Below, one piece after another: positions 19,895 through 29,800 of a stretch of DNA of 49,149 bases. Numbering within the stretch: the stretch's first letter is position 1; every line of letters starts with the position of its first letter. The position numbers and the translations under genes are program-made. The notes under the pieces are model-generated. The model searched no databases and was not told the origin of the DNA. It saw only the letters and a program-made list of their open reading frames with translations. The stretch is from an uncultured Candidatus Rokubacteria bacterium. Lineage in GTDB: Bacteria; Methylomirabilota; Methylomirabilia; Rokubacteriales; DASRDR01. The stretch spans positions 1-49,149 of the forward strand of contig CAVPSB010000043.1 in NCBI GenBank assembly GCA_963708025.1, read 5' to 3'.

Positions 19895-19971
19895 CGGATG
19901 ACCAGACTACCACCCGGACCCTTTCCCCGGGTCATCGCGGCGCGCTCTCCCCGGTCGGGTCGGGCGGCAGC

Positions 19972-22163
19972 TCAGAGAGTCTTCAGGAACTCGATGAGCG
20001 CCCGCTTGTCGGCATCGGCCAGGTCCGCGCCGAACTCGTGGCCCCGGTCCACCACGAAGTCCGGGCACTTGCTCACCGAGAGCAGGTCCGGCACCAGCTC
20101 GCGCAGGAGCCGGGTCCGCTCGCCGCCATCGGTGATGGCCTCGTCCTTGATGCGCCGGAGGACGCGCCTGGTCTTCAGCACGACCCGCAGGAGATCGGCG
20201 AGCCGATCCGGCTCGAACGACAGCTCGCTGTCGAGATTGGCGAGCAGGTTCACCGGGGTCCCCGCGGGGATCGGCCCGATCCGGAGCTCCTTCTCGCCGG
20301 ACTCCAGCAGCTTGTCCCGGAGGATCTCCGGGAGGAAGACCCGGTTGACCACGAGGTAGCTCTCCTGGGTCGTCCGGTAGATCGGCGGGCAGAACGGCAG
20401 GCCCCACCGCCGCTCGCAGTCGCGCTGCTCCCGCTTCTCCGGCCAGAGGAGCTTCTCGACGGCGTCGTCGAACGCCTCCATCCGCCCCGCCACCGACGGG
20501 TCGCCGGTGAACGCGCCCAGGGAGTTGTTGTGGAGGAGCGGCGCCGAGGCCCAGACGCCGACGAGGGACGGGACCCGGTAGTACCCGCGGCCGCCCCCCG
20601 GCATGACGTGGGTCGTCGTCGTGCCGTCGAGCGGGTGCCGGATCGCGATCGGGCCCACCGCGGGCAGGCTCTTGTAGGTCTCCGACGAGAAGTTGTCCCA
20701 GACGTGACCCCGGATGGCGTTCGTCGCGAGCGCCGCGCACGCGTTGGTCTTGACGTCGCTGACCGGAATGCGCGCGTCGGTCGACAGGAAGTTGCCCTCC
20801 CGGAAGTCGGGCTTCAGCACTTCCTGGCGCATCCACTCGCGGTACTCGGCGGAGCCGCGCGCGACCGGCGGCGAAGGCTGCTTGCTCGAGTGGCAGCCCG
20901 CGCAGCGGGCGGCGAAGACGAGCTTGCCCTGCGTCAGCACCGCCGGGTCGCGCGTCAGGTACGCGCGAGCCGCCGGGGGCGTCCTCGAGCCGGTGGGGGC
21001 GGGCGGCCCTGAGGAAGTACCGGGCCAGGTGCTCGAGGCGGGCCTCGGTGGCGAGCCAGTAGACCGAGTTCCGCCGGGCCACCGCCACCTCGAGCGGCGT
21101 CTGGCGCTTCCCGCCGACCAGGAGGTTGAAGTGGCGGAGCCACTCCTCGTGGTAGCTGCCGACGTTGACGTAGACGCGCCCGAGCGCGGCCAGGATGCCG
21201 GCGGAGTCGGCGCCGTCCTTGAGCACGTGGGGTACCGGCAGGCGGAGCTTCGCCGCCGGTCAGCTCGAGCGCCCCGCCCCGGATCTCCTCGGGGACCGCG
21301 ACCCCGAGCCGGGCGCCGACCTCGTAGATGGCGTTCATCGTGCGCGGGTTGTTGAGGTTGTCGGTGGCGATGAGGGAGGTGTCGAGGGCCCCCGGAGGCG
21401 AGCTGTTGAAGAGCTGCCAGACGAAGTTGTCGGGCCCGAGGTCGTGGAGGAAGATCCGGCCGCTCCGGAAGTACTGGCTCCCCACGTAGGCGGAGAGGTT
21501 CTCCCACCGGGGCCGCTCGGGGTCGTCGGGCGGACGCACCGGATCCGGCCCCACGTGGCAGAAGGCGCACGCCATGCCGACCCGGTACGGCCGGACGAGC
21601 CGCGGGTTCAGGTAGTAGTCGGGATCCCGGTAGTAGCGCTCGCCGTCCCAGGCCTTCCGGGCGGCCTCGTCGAAGGCCGGGTTGTCGAAGACCCGGAGCC
21701 CGAGGACACCGGACGACCGGCCGTAGACCCGCGGATCGACCGCGGCCGGCGCCGGCCCCTCCGGCTCGTCCAGCCAGAGCCCGTACCGGTCGGGCCGCGC
21801 CGCCGCGCGGAACCCGGGCTCGTTCATGAGCCCGTAGTAGCGGAAGCGCTCGCCCCGCCGGCGCGTGTCGAGGGTCTTGAGGAGGTCGACGCTGCCGAAG
21901 CTGTGGTTCGCCACGTAGTCCCAGAACCCCTCGTTCCCGGCCGTCCAGATCAGCCAGGTGTTGCGGCCCTTGATCTCCTCGGGCGCGAGCGACACCCCGC
22001 CGTCCATGCCCTGGAACAGATCGTCCGCCGCCTCGGGGAAGTCGGCCGGGGTCAGCCCCGCCCGCCGGGCCGCGTCCACCCGGGGGCCCCCGGCGCACCC
22101 CGAGGCCGCCAGGACCCAGGCCGACACGACGGCGGCGAGGACGAGGACGATCGTGGACTTCAT
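19972..22163 (-). CDS. Large di-heme c-type cytochrome lipoprotein (cytochrome c peroxidase/RoxA-like superfamily), two frameshifts near 21245 and 20970
   Basis: Signal peptide with lipobox-like ASGC; CxxCH motifs CAFCH and CAGCH; YRVPSLVGVWASAPLLHNNS and GHEFG..ALIEFLKTL C-terminus typical of CcP/MauG/RoxA-like proteins. Pieces lie in three frames. Confidence 0.75.
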
Positions 22164-22207
22164 GGTGTCCGGGTCTCCGGGCCACCGGTCGCGGCGCGCC
22201 GGCCGAG

Positions 22208-22634
22208 CTAGGCGCGCGCTCCCACGGCGGTCACGTGGATCTTCACGTCGGTCGCGGCCGCGACCGTGCGGTAGAGGGGTCAGCGACCCCGGTAGGTCGC
22301 GACCAGCGCCTCGGCCTGGGGCTGGCTCACCCCGCGCATGCGCGAACGTCATGGTGACGCCCGAGAAGCGCGCCGGGTCCGCGGCGGCGCGCGTGCCCTC
22401 GATGGTCACCTCCAGGTGCTCGAGCGGCACCCCGGTCTCGCGCGCGTGCATCTCGATCAGCGTGACGCCGCAGGACGAGACGCCGGCGAGGAAGGCCTCG
22501 CTGTTGGTGAGCGTATCCGGCTGCGGGCGCGAGGAGGAGTCGAGGACGAGCCGCTGCCCGCGCGCGACGCTCACGGCGCGCCCGATCGTGTCGCTACTGG
22601 ATGACTTGACGGTGTCGACCTTGTCATGGCTCAC
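22208..22634 (-). CDS. OsmC/Ohr family peroxiredoxin, probable selenoprotein (in-frame UGA at 22282-22280), one frameshift near 22341
   Basis: RBS GGAGG and GTG 22634; EAFLAGVSSCGV (first Cys). The restored frame reads MRGVSQPQAEALVATYRGR-UGA-PLYRTVAAATDVKIHVTAVGARA-TAG, so UGA occupies the second Cys position (CPxxxT). Confidence 0.8.
22244..22269 (-). promoter_or_regulatory. Candidate bacterial SECIS hairpin
   Basis: On the minus strand CACGGTCGC-GGCC-GCGACCGACGTG: upper stem GGTCGC/GCGACC, apical loop beginning with G about 20 nt 3' of the UGA. Confidence 0.6.
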
Positions 22635-22877
22635 GGCTGTCCTCCTGGTGCTCCGCCCGGCCCGGTCTGCGCCTGACGACGTCTCTGGCAATCGAGCCTA
22701 CCGTACCGCGGATCGGGACGCCAGGCCTTCGATGCAGACCGGCGGCGAAGCGAGACCGCGTCGTCTCAGGGTGGAATCGGAGCGCACCGTGTTTGCCAGA
22801 CCGGTGGCTTTGGGCTAGGCTACGCACACTCGCTCCCCACCCGAGACGCGGACGCCGGCACAGAACGGGAGGCGGTC

Positions 22878-24427
22878 ATGCCTATTCTCAGAGCTTCGCT
22901 CGCAATCGGTCTGGGCCTCGTGCTCGCGCTGGCCGCTCCGGCGACGGCGCAGAAGAAGGGGGGCGACCTCATCGTCGCCCAGCCCGCCGGGACCAACACG
23001 CTCGATCCCCACTTCACCGCCTCGGCGGCGGCTCGCAACATGATGCTGGCCATGTACGAGACGCTGGTGACGATCGACGAGAACGCCTCGCCGATCCCGC
23101 TGCTGGCCGCGCGGTGGGAGGTGCTCGACAACGGCCTGACCTACCGGTTCGAGCTGCGGAAGGGAGTCAAGTTCCACAACGGCAAGGAGCTGACGGCGGC
23201 CGACGTCAAGGGGTCGCTGGAGCGCTTCGCGCGGGTCAGCCCCGAGAAGCAGACCCTGGCGCCGGTGGCGGCGATCGAGACGCCGGACCCCCACGTCGTG
23301 GTCATCCGCCTGAAGCAGCTCGACACCGCCTTCCTCGACCGGCTGGCCTCGCCCGCGTCGCCCACGACCATCATCCCGGCCGAGGACGCGGCCAAGGAGG
23401 TCAACAAGACGAGCCACGTCTCGACCGGGCCCTACCAGTTCGTGGAGTGGGTCCCGGACTCGCACGTCAAGCTCCGGCGGTTCGACGGCTACGTGCCCAG
23501 CACGTGCCGGGGCGGCCCGCGACGGCCTCGGCGGCCGCAAGGTCGCCTACTTCGACACGATCACGATCCGCATCATCAAGGAGGCGAGCGCCCGCACCGC
23601 GGCGCTGGAGTCGGGCCAGGTCCACTTCGTCGAGGACGTCCCGGTCCCGGCCGCCAAGCGGCTCGAGAGCAACCCGAAGCTCAAGGTCGTCGACCTCGAC
23701 TCCTGGGCGCAGTCGATCGCGTACGTCAACGCCTCCCTGCCGCCCACCAACAACCTGAAGCTGCGGCAGGCGATCCAGGCGGCCCTCGACATGGACGAGA
23801 TCATGGCCGCCGCCACCGACGGCCTCTACCAGCTCAACCACGGCTGGGTCTACCCGAACAACGCCTACTACCTGCCCGACGGCCGGGCGCGCTCTCTACA
23901 ACCAGAAGGACGCCAGGAAAGCGAAGGCGCTCCTCGCCGATTCCGGATACAAGGGCGAGCCGCTCCTGCTGGTCACCAACAAGGACTACCAGTTCATGTA
24001 CAAGTCGGCGGTGGTGATGGCCGAGCAGCTCAAGCCGGTCGGGATCAACGTCAAGGTCGACGTCCTCGACTGGCCGACCATGGCCGCCCTGGCGCTGAAG
24101 TCGGAGGGGTGGAACATCGTCACCTCCGGCTTCGCCATCCAGCCCTTCGTCGGACCCTACAGCTACCTGAAGCTCTTCTGGGGCCCGGCCCACGTGGGCC
24201 GCGTCACCAGCGACGCCGTGCTCGACCAGGCGTGGACCCGGTTCAACACCTCGCTCAAGCAGGCCGACCGCAAGGAGGCCTGGGCCCAGATCCAGACGCG
24301 GATGGCCGAGCAGGTCTACATCTACAAGCTCGGCGACCGCGGCCTGAAGATCGGCATGGTGAAGAACCTGGCCGGCTTCAAGCCCTACCAGGGCGCTCAC
24401 CGCTTCTGGAACGCCTGGTTCGACTGA
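22878..24427 (+). CDS. ABC transporter substrate-binding protein, family 5 (two frameshifts near 23510 and 23890)
   Basis: Signal peptide, TLDPH, LRKGVKFHNG, TGPYQFVEW, GGRKVAYFD, LRQAIQAALD, RFWNAWFD*. Confidence 0.9.
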
Positions 24428-24470
24428 CGGCCACCCACGCGCAGCGGCCGGGAGGGGGCTCCGGGCGGCG

Positions 24471-25415
24471 ATGGGGCGCTACATCGCCCGGCGGCTCCTC
24501 ACCACGGTCGTGGTGCTGGGGCTGGTCACCCTCATCTCGTTCAGCGTCATGCACATGGTGCCGGGGGACCCGGCCGTCGTCATGGCCGGGGTCGGCGCCT
24601 CGGCCGACCAGGTCCAGCGGATCCGGGAGCAGTTCGGGCTCGACGCCCCGTTCCTCGTGCGGCTGGGCCGCTGGTACGCCGGGCTCCTCCGGGGCGATCT
24701 CGGGAACTCGATTCTCCTCGGCCGGACCGTCGCCCAGGCGATCGTCGAGCGGATGCCGGTGACGCTGTCCCTGGCCACGCTCGCCTTCGTCCTGACCACG
24801 GTGTTCGGACTCGCCCTCGGCACCCTGGCCGCTGTTCGGCAGAACACCTGGGTGGACCGGGCCGTCATGGCGGTCTCGGTGCTCGGGGTGTCGGTGCCGA
24901 ACTTCTGGATCGGGCTGCTCCTCATCATCCTGTTTTCCGTGATGCTCGACTGGCTGCCCGCCGGCGGCTACGTCCCGCTGGCCGAGAACCCCCGCGCGTG
25001 GCTGCGGGCGCTCGTCCTGCCGGCCGGCTCGCTGGCCCTGCTCCAGGTCGGGCTCCTGGCGCGCATCACCCGCGCGACCGTGGTCGAGAGCCTGCGCCAG
25101 GACTTCGTCCGCACCGCGCGCGCCAAGGGCTTGCCGGGCTCGCTGGTGGTCGTCAAGCACGTCTTCGGGAACGTGATGATCCCGGTCATGACCGTGCTGG
25201 GCATCGTGGTCAGCCTGCTCCTCTCGGGCTCCGTGGTCGTCGAGACCGTCTTCTCGATCCCGGGGCTCGGCCGCTTGATGGCCACCGCCATCCTGGCCCG
25301 CGACTACCCGGTGATCCAGGGCGGCCTCCTGGTGACGGCGCTCATGTTCGTCGGCGTCAACCTCGTGGTCGACGTGCTGTACGCCTGGCTCGATCCGCGC
25401 ATCCGCTATGAGTGA
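24471..25415 (+). CDS. Peptide/nickel ABC permease (DppB-like)
   Basis: VPGDPA, GDLGNS, DFVRTARAKGL, RDYPVIQG, LDPRIRY. Confidence 0.93.
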   Translation: MGRYIARRLLTTVVVLGLVTLISFSVMHMVPGDPAVVMAGVGASADQVQRIREQFGLDAPFLVRLGRWYAGLLRGDLGNSILLGRTVAQAIVERMPVTLSLATLAFVLTTVFGLALGTLAAVRQNTWVDRAVMAVSVLGVSVPNFWIGLLLIILFSVMLDWLPAGGYVPLAENPRAWLRALVLPAGSLALLQVGLLARITRATVVESLRQDFVRTARAKGLPGSLVVVKHVFGNVMIPVMTVLGIVVSLLLSGSVVVETVFSIPGLGRLMATAILARDYPVIQGGLLVTALMFVGVNLVVDVLYAWLDPRIRYE

Positions 25416-26292
25416 GGCCCTCGTCCTGCCCCGGCCGGCCCCGGTCCGCGCGGCGCGGCGGAGCGGCCTCCGCCGCGTTCTGGGCCACCGGCTCCTGCTC
25501 ACCGGGCTCGCGCTCTCACTCGCGGTCGGCGCGGTGGCGCTGCTGGCCGACCTGATCCAGCGGCAGCCGCCGGAGCGCCTGCGGGTGCGCGACGCCTTCG
25601 CCGCCCCCGGACCCACCTACCCGTTCGGGGCCGACAACCTCGGCCGTGACGTGTACAGCCGGGTGGTGCACGGCGCGCGCGTGTCGCTCCTGATCGGTCT
25701 GGCGACGGTCGGGCTGACCGCGCTGGCCGGCACCGCGCTGGGATGCGTCGCCGGCTACGCCCGGCGCTGGGACGACCCGATCATGCGGGTCATGGACGCC
25801 CTGATGTCGTTCCCCGCCATCCTGCTGGCGGTCGCCATCACCGCCGCGCTCGGGCCCTCCGCGGTCAACGCGGTGATCGCGCTGGCCGCCGTCTACACGC
25901 CCCGCACCGCCCGGATCGTCCGCGCCTCGGTGCTCGTCGTCCGCGAGCTGGACTTCGTGCAGGCCGCGTACGCGGTGGGCGCGCCCCACGGGCGCATCGT
26001 GTTCCGCCACGTGCTCCCGAGCTGCCTCGGACCGCTGCTGGTCCAGCTCACGTTCGTCTTCGCCTACGCCGTGCTGGCCGAGGCGGCGCTGAGCTTCCTC
26101 GGGATGGGGCCGCCGCCTCCGACGCCGACGTGGGGCAACATCATCGCCGACGGGCGCGACTACCTCCGGGAGGCCCCGTGGATCTGCTTGTTCCCCGGTG
26201 TGGCCATCTCGCTGACGGTGCTCGGCCTCAACCTGCTGGGCGACGGCCTGCGTGACGTGCTCGATCCGCACATGAAGCTCGACGGCAGTTGA
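25408..26292 (+). CDS. Peptide/nickel ABC permease (DppC-like)
   Basis: FGADNLGRD, PTWG, GDGLRDVLDP. Confidence 0.93.
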   Translation: MSEALVLPRPAPVRAARRSGLRRVLGHRLLLTGLALSLAVGAVALLADLIQRQPPERLRVRDAFAAPGPTYPFGADNLGRDVYSRVVHGARVSLLIGLATVGLTALAGTALGCVAGYARRWDDPIMRVMDALMSFPAILLAVAITAALGPSAVNAVIALAAVYTPRTARIVRASVLVVRELDFVQAAYAVGAPHGRIVFRHVLPSCLGPLLVQLTFVFAYAVLAEAALSFLGMGPPPPTPTWGNIIADGRDYLREAPWICLFPGVAISLTVLGLNLLGDGLRDVLDPHMKLDGS

Positions 26293-26295
26293 GAA

Positions 26296-26336
26296 CATCG
26301 GGGGGTCTTGGAAGCCCCCTCCCGATTCCCCCGGTG
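26296..26336. repeat. Short palindromic intergenic element (second REP-like class)
   Basis: CATCGGGGGGTCTTGGAAGCCCCCTCCCGATTCCCCCGGTG forms an imperfect hairpin directly after the permease stop. Confidence 0.4.
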
Positions 26337-26362
26337 TTGCGAGGCCCGGTGGCGAGGCCCGG

Positions 26363-26392
26363 TTGACACGGCGGCGCGCCGGACCGTAGGCT
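26363..26392 (+). promoter_or_regulatory. Putative sigma70 promoter of the molybdoenzyme operon
   Basis: TTGACA (26363-26368), 18 bp, TAGGCT (26387-26392); RBS GGAGGTG before ATG 26411. Confidence 0.55.
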
Positions 26393-26410
26393 CGCAGCTG
26401 GAGGTGTCCG

Positions 26411-26884
26411 ATGGCCACGCTGACCCTGCACGTCAACGGCGCCGCCCGCACGGTGGAGGCCGACCCCGACACGCCGCTCCTCTATGTCCTGCGCAACGAC
26501 CTCGCGCTGACCGGAACCAAGTTCGGCTGCGGCCTGGCCCAGTGCGGCGCCTGCACGGTGCTGCTGGCGGGCCGGGCCGTGCGCTCCTGCGTCACGCCCG
26601 TGAGCGCGGTCGCCGGCCAAGCGGTCACCACCGTGGAGGGGCTCGGCTCGCCCGCGCGGCCCGACCCGGTCCAGGCCGCGTTCATCGCCGAGCAGGCGGC
26701 CCAGTGCGGCTACTGCACGGCGGGGATGGTCATGACGGCCCGCGCGCTGCTCGAGCAGAACCGGAAGCCGACCGAGACCGACGTCAAGCAGGCGCTCGCC
26801 GGGAACCTCTGCCGCTGCGGCAGCCACGTCCGGGTGATCCGGGCCGTGATGCGCGCCGCCGCCGCGATGCCGGGGGGGCGCTGA
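26411..26884 (+). CDS. (2Fe-2S)-binding small subunit, CoxS/IorA family
   Basis: KFGCGLAQCGACTV, SC, QCGYCTAG, NLCRCG. Confidence 0.95.
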   Translation: MATLTLHVNGAARTVEADPDTPLLYVLRNDLALTGTKFGCGLAQCGACTVLLAGRAVRSCVTPVSAVAGQAVTTVEGLGSPARPDPVQAAFIAEQAAQCGYCTAGMVMTARALLEQNRKPTETDVKQALAGNLCRCGSHVRVIRAVMRAAAAMPGGR

Positions 26885-26885
26885 G

Positions 26886-29132
26886 ATGGCCCGCCGGGAC
26901 CTCTCGCGACGCACGTTCCTCAAGGCGGGCGGCGCCCTCGTCGTCGGGATCGGGCTCGGCGAGGTGTGGCCGGCGCCCGCGGCGGCGCAGACCGTCCCCG
27001 GTGCCGACCGCTTCCTGGGCAAGCCGCTCGCGGCGAACGCCGTGGACGCCTTCCTGGCGGTCCACGCCGACGGGACGGTGACCGTGTTCAGCGGGCGGGT
27101 GGACCTCGGGACCGGGGCGCGCGCGGCCCTGCGGCAGATGGTCGGCGAGGAGCTCGACCTCCGCATGGACCGCATCGCCCTCATCGAAGGGGACACGGCC
27201 CTGACGCCGGACCAGGGCGGGACCGGCGGCAGCTACGGCATCGCCCGCGGCGGCCTCCAGCTCCGCCAGGCGGCCGCGACCGCCCGTCAGGCGCTGCTCG
27301 GCCTGGCCGCCCAGCGCCTCGGCCGGCCGGTGGCCGACCTCGAGGTGGAGGACGGCGTGGTGCGGCCGAAGGGCGGCGGCGCCGGCGTCTCCTACGGCGA
27401 CCTGGTGGGCGACCGGCCCATCGGGGTAGCGGTCGATCCGAAGGCTCCCGTCAAGGACCCGAAGACCTATCGCCTCGTGGGCCAGCCGCTCCCGCGGCCC
27501 GACATCCCCGCCAAGGTCACGGGCCACCATGGCTACCTCCACGACCTCGTGCTGCCCGGGATGCTCCACGCCCGCGTGCTCCGGCCCCCGGCCCCCGGCG
27601 CCACGCTGCGCGCGGTCGACGAGTCGTCGATCGCCGCGATCCCCGGGGCGCGCGTCGTCCGGCTCGGGAGCTTCGTCGCGGTCGTGGCCGAGCGCGAGTG
27701 GGACGCCGTCCGCGCCGCCCGGCTCCTCAAGACCGAGTGGTCGCCGGGAACCGGCTTGCCGGACCACGCGACGCTCTACGATGCGGTCCGCGGCGGCCAG
27801 GTCGTCAAGGACGACGTCCTCACGAAGAAGGGCGACCTCGGGGCGCTGGGCCCCGGAACGCCGGGGATCCGCCTGCTCGTCGCGACCTACCAGTGGCCGA
27901 TCCAGACCCATGGCTCGCTCGGGCCCTCGTGCGGCGTGGCCGACGTCAAGTCCGACGGGGCGACCATCTGGACCGCCTCCCAGGCGACCCACCGCTTCCG
28001 GACGGTGATGGCGCGCCTGCTCGGGCTCCCGCCCGAGCGGGTCCGGGCGATCTACCTCGACGGCGCCGGCTCCTACGGCCAGAACGGCGCCGACGACGCC
28101 TCCTGCGACGCCGCGCTCCTCTCGAAGGCCGTCGGCCGGCCGGTGCGGGTCCAGTGGACGCGCGAGGACGAGCACGGCTGGGACCCGAAGGGCCCGCCTC
28201 AGCTCATCGACTTGCGGGCGGCGGTGGACGAGCTGGGCCAGGTGGCGGCGTGGGAGACCCGAGCGTGGCTCCCGCAGTCCACCACCGGGCTGCCCGCCAT
28301 TCCCCTGCTCGCCCCGCAGGCGGCCGGGATCACCCAGCCCCTGGGCCGGTCCGCGGGGCAGATCCAGCAAGACCTCGACCCGGCGTACACGTACCCGAAC
28401 GTCCAGGTCACCGTCCACTGGCTGGCCGACACGCCGCTCCGCACCTCCCCGATCCGCTCGCCGGGCAAGGTGGCGAACACCTTCGCGGTCGAGTCGTTCG
28501 TCGACGAGCTGGCCGCGCTGGCGGGGGCCGACCCCGTGGAGTTCCGGCTACGCCGGCTCGCCGATCCGCGCGGGATCGAGGTCCTCCGGCGGGCAGCCAG
28601 CCGGATGGGCTGGCAGCCGCGGCCCTCGCCGCGCCGGGTCGATCCGGCCGCCGCGGTGCTGACCGGCCGGGGCATCGCCTACGTCCACTACAAGCACAGC
28701 GAGGCCTACGTGGTGGTCGGGATGGAGGTCGCGGTCGAGCGCGCCTCGGGCCGGATCCTGACGACGCGGGTGGTGTGCGCTCAGGACTGCGGCCTGATGA
28801 TCAACCCGGACTGCGTGGAGAGCCAGCTCGAGGGGAACATCCTCCAGACGCTCTCCCGCACGCTCCACGAGGAGGTCGTCTTCGACCGGGACCGGGTCAC
28901 CAGCGTGGACTGGGCGGGCTACCCGATCCTCACCTTCCCCGAGGTGCCGGCCATGGAGTTCGACCTGATCCAGCGCCTGGACCAGCCACCGCTCGGGGTC
29001 GGCGAGCCGGCGTCGGCGGTGGTGCCGGCGGCACTGAGTAACGCAGTGTTCGACGCCACCGGGGTCCGGCTGCGCACGGTGCCATTCCGCCCGGAGCGGG
29101 TGAAGGCCGCTCTCGACGCCCGCCGGCCCTGA
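26886..29132 (+). CDS. Molybdopterin-binding large subunit, xanthine oxidase family (IorB-like), Tat-exported
   Basis: SRRTFLK Tat motif, GRVDLGTG, GDTALTPDQG, KVTG, WTREDE, AVESFVDELA, DCGLMINP, GVGE, NAVFDATGVRLR. Confidence 0.93.
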   Translation: MARRDLSRRTFLKAGGALVVGIGLGEVWPAPAAAQTVPGADRFLGKPLAANAVDAFLAVHADGTVTVFSGRVDLGTGARAALRQMVGEELDLRMDRIALIEGDTALTPDQGGTGGSYGIARGGLQLRQAAATARQALLGLAAQRLGRPVADLEVEDGVVRPKGGGAGVSYGDLVGDRPIGVAVDPKAPVKDPKTYRLVGQPLPRPDIPAKVTGHHGYLHDLVLPGMLHARVLRPPAPGATLRAVDESSIAAIPGARVVRLGSFVAVVAEREWDAVRAARLLKTEWSPGTGLPDHATLYDAVRGGQVVKDDVLTKKGDLGALGPGTPGIRLLVATYQWPIQTHGSLGPSCGVADVKSDGATIWTASQATHRFRTVMARLLGLPPERVRAIYLDGAGSYGQNGADDASCDAALLSKAVGRPVRVQWTREDEHGWDPKGPPQLIDLRAAVDELGQVAAWETRAWLPQSTTGLPAIPLLAPQAAGITQPLGRSAGQIQQDLDPAYTYPNVQVTVHWLADTPLRTSPIRSPGKVANTFAVESFVDELAALAGADPVEFRLRRLADPRGIEVLRRAASRMGWQPRPSPRRVDPAAAVLTGRGIAYVHYKHSEAYVVVGMEVAVERASGRILTTRVVCAQDCGLMINPDCVESQLEGNILQTLSRTLHEEVVFDRDRVTSVDWAGYPILTFPEVPAMEFDLIQRLDQPPLGVGEPASAVVPAALSNAVFDATGVRLRTVPFRPERVKAALDARRP

Positions 29133-29149
29133 CCGGCAGCGGCCGTCAC

Positions 29150-29182
29150 GCTGCGGCGGCCACCAGCCGCGGCCGCCGCAGC
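29150..29182. terminator. GC-rich hairpin after the molybdoenzyme operon
   Basis: Perfect 12-bp stem GCTGCGGCGGCC/GGCCGCCGCAGC with a 9-nt loop. Confidence 0.5.
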
Positions 29183-29217
29183 CCGCGACTCGAAGCGCGA
29201 CCGATCTCGAGGTCCCG

Positions 29218-29784
29218 TTGACGCGCGCCGTCCTGCTGGCCCTGGCCCTCCTGGGCGCTCCGTCGCTCGCCGGGGCCGACGAGGCGGTCTGGGGCCTGCT
29301 CCGTGGCGGTGGTCACGTCGTGATCATGCGCCACACGATCACGACGGCGGGGGTCGGCGATCCGCCCGGGTTCCATCTGGAGGACTGCGCGACGCAGCGC
29401 AACCTCACCGACGTGGGCCGTGAGGATGCCCGCCGCGTCGGCGCGGCGTTCCGCTCCCGCGCGGTCCCGCTCGGCCGCGTGCTGTCCAGCCCGTGGTGCC
29501 GCTGCCTGGAGACCGCCCGGCTGGCGTTCGGGCGCGCCGAGGCGTGGACCGCGCTGAACAACCTGTTCGGCGACCGCACGCGGGAGGCCGAGCAGATGCG
29601 TGCGCTCCGCGAGATCGCCAGCCGGCGCCCCGAGGACGGCAACCTCGTCCTCGTCACGCACGGCTCCGTGGTCCTGCCCCTCACGGGCATCCAGCCCGCG
29701 CCGGGCGAGTTCGTGGTCCTGGCCCCCGAGGGCGACCGCCGCTTCCGGGTGGTGGGCCGCCTGACGCCGGCCGCGATCCGCTGA
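29218..29784 (+). CDS. Secreted histidine phosphatase family protein
   Basis: Signal peptide, IMRH, QRNL, SSPWCRCLETA, LVTHG. Confidence 0.88.
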   Translation: MTRAVLLALALLGAPSLAGADEAVWGLLRGGGHVVIMRHTITTAGVGDPPGFHLEDCATQRNLTDVGREDARRVGAAFRSRAVPLGRVLSSPWCRCLETARLAFGRAEAWTALNNLFGDRTREAEQMRALREIASRRPEDGNLVLVTHGSVVLPLTGIQPAPGEFVVLAPEGDRRFRVVGRLTPAAIR

Positions 29785-29800
29785 GCAGGACTCCGAGCGC

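Noticed and set aside
20955-22691. Apparent OsmC-cytochrome c fusion in the ORF track
   Set aside because: Caused by one extra base near 22341. The repaired OsmC has its own TAG at 22208 and the cytochrome has its own signal peptide.
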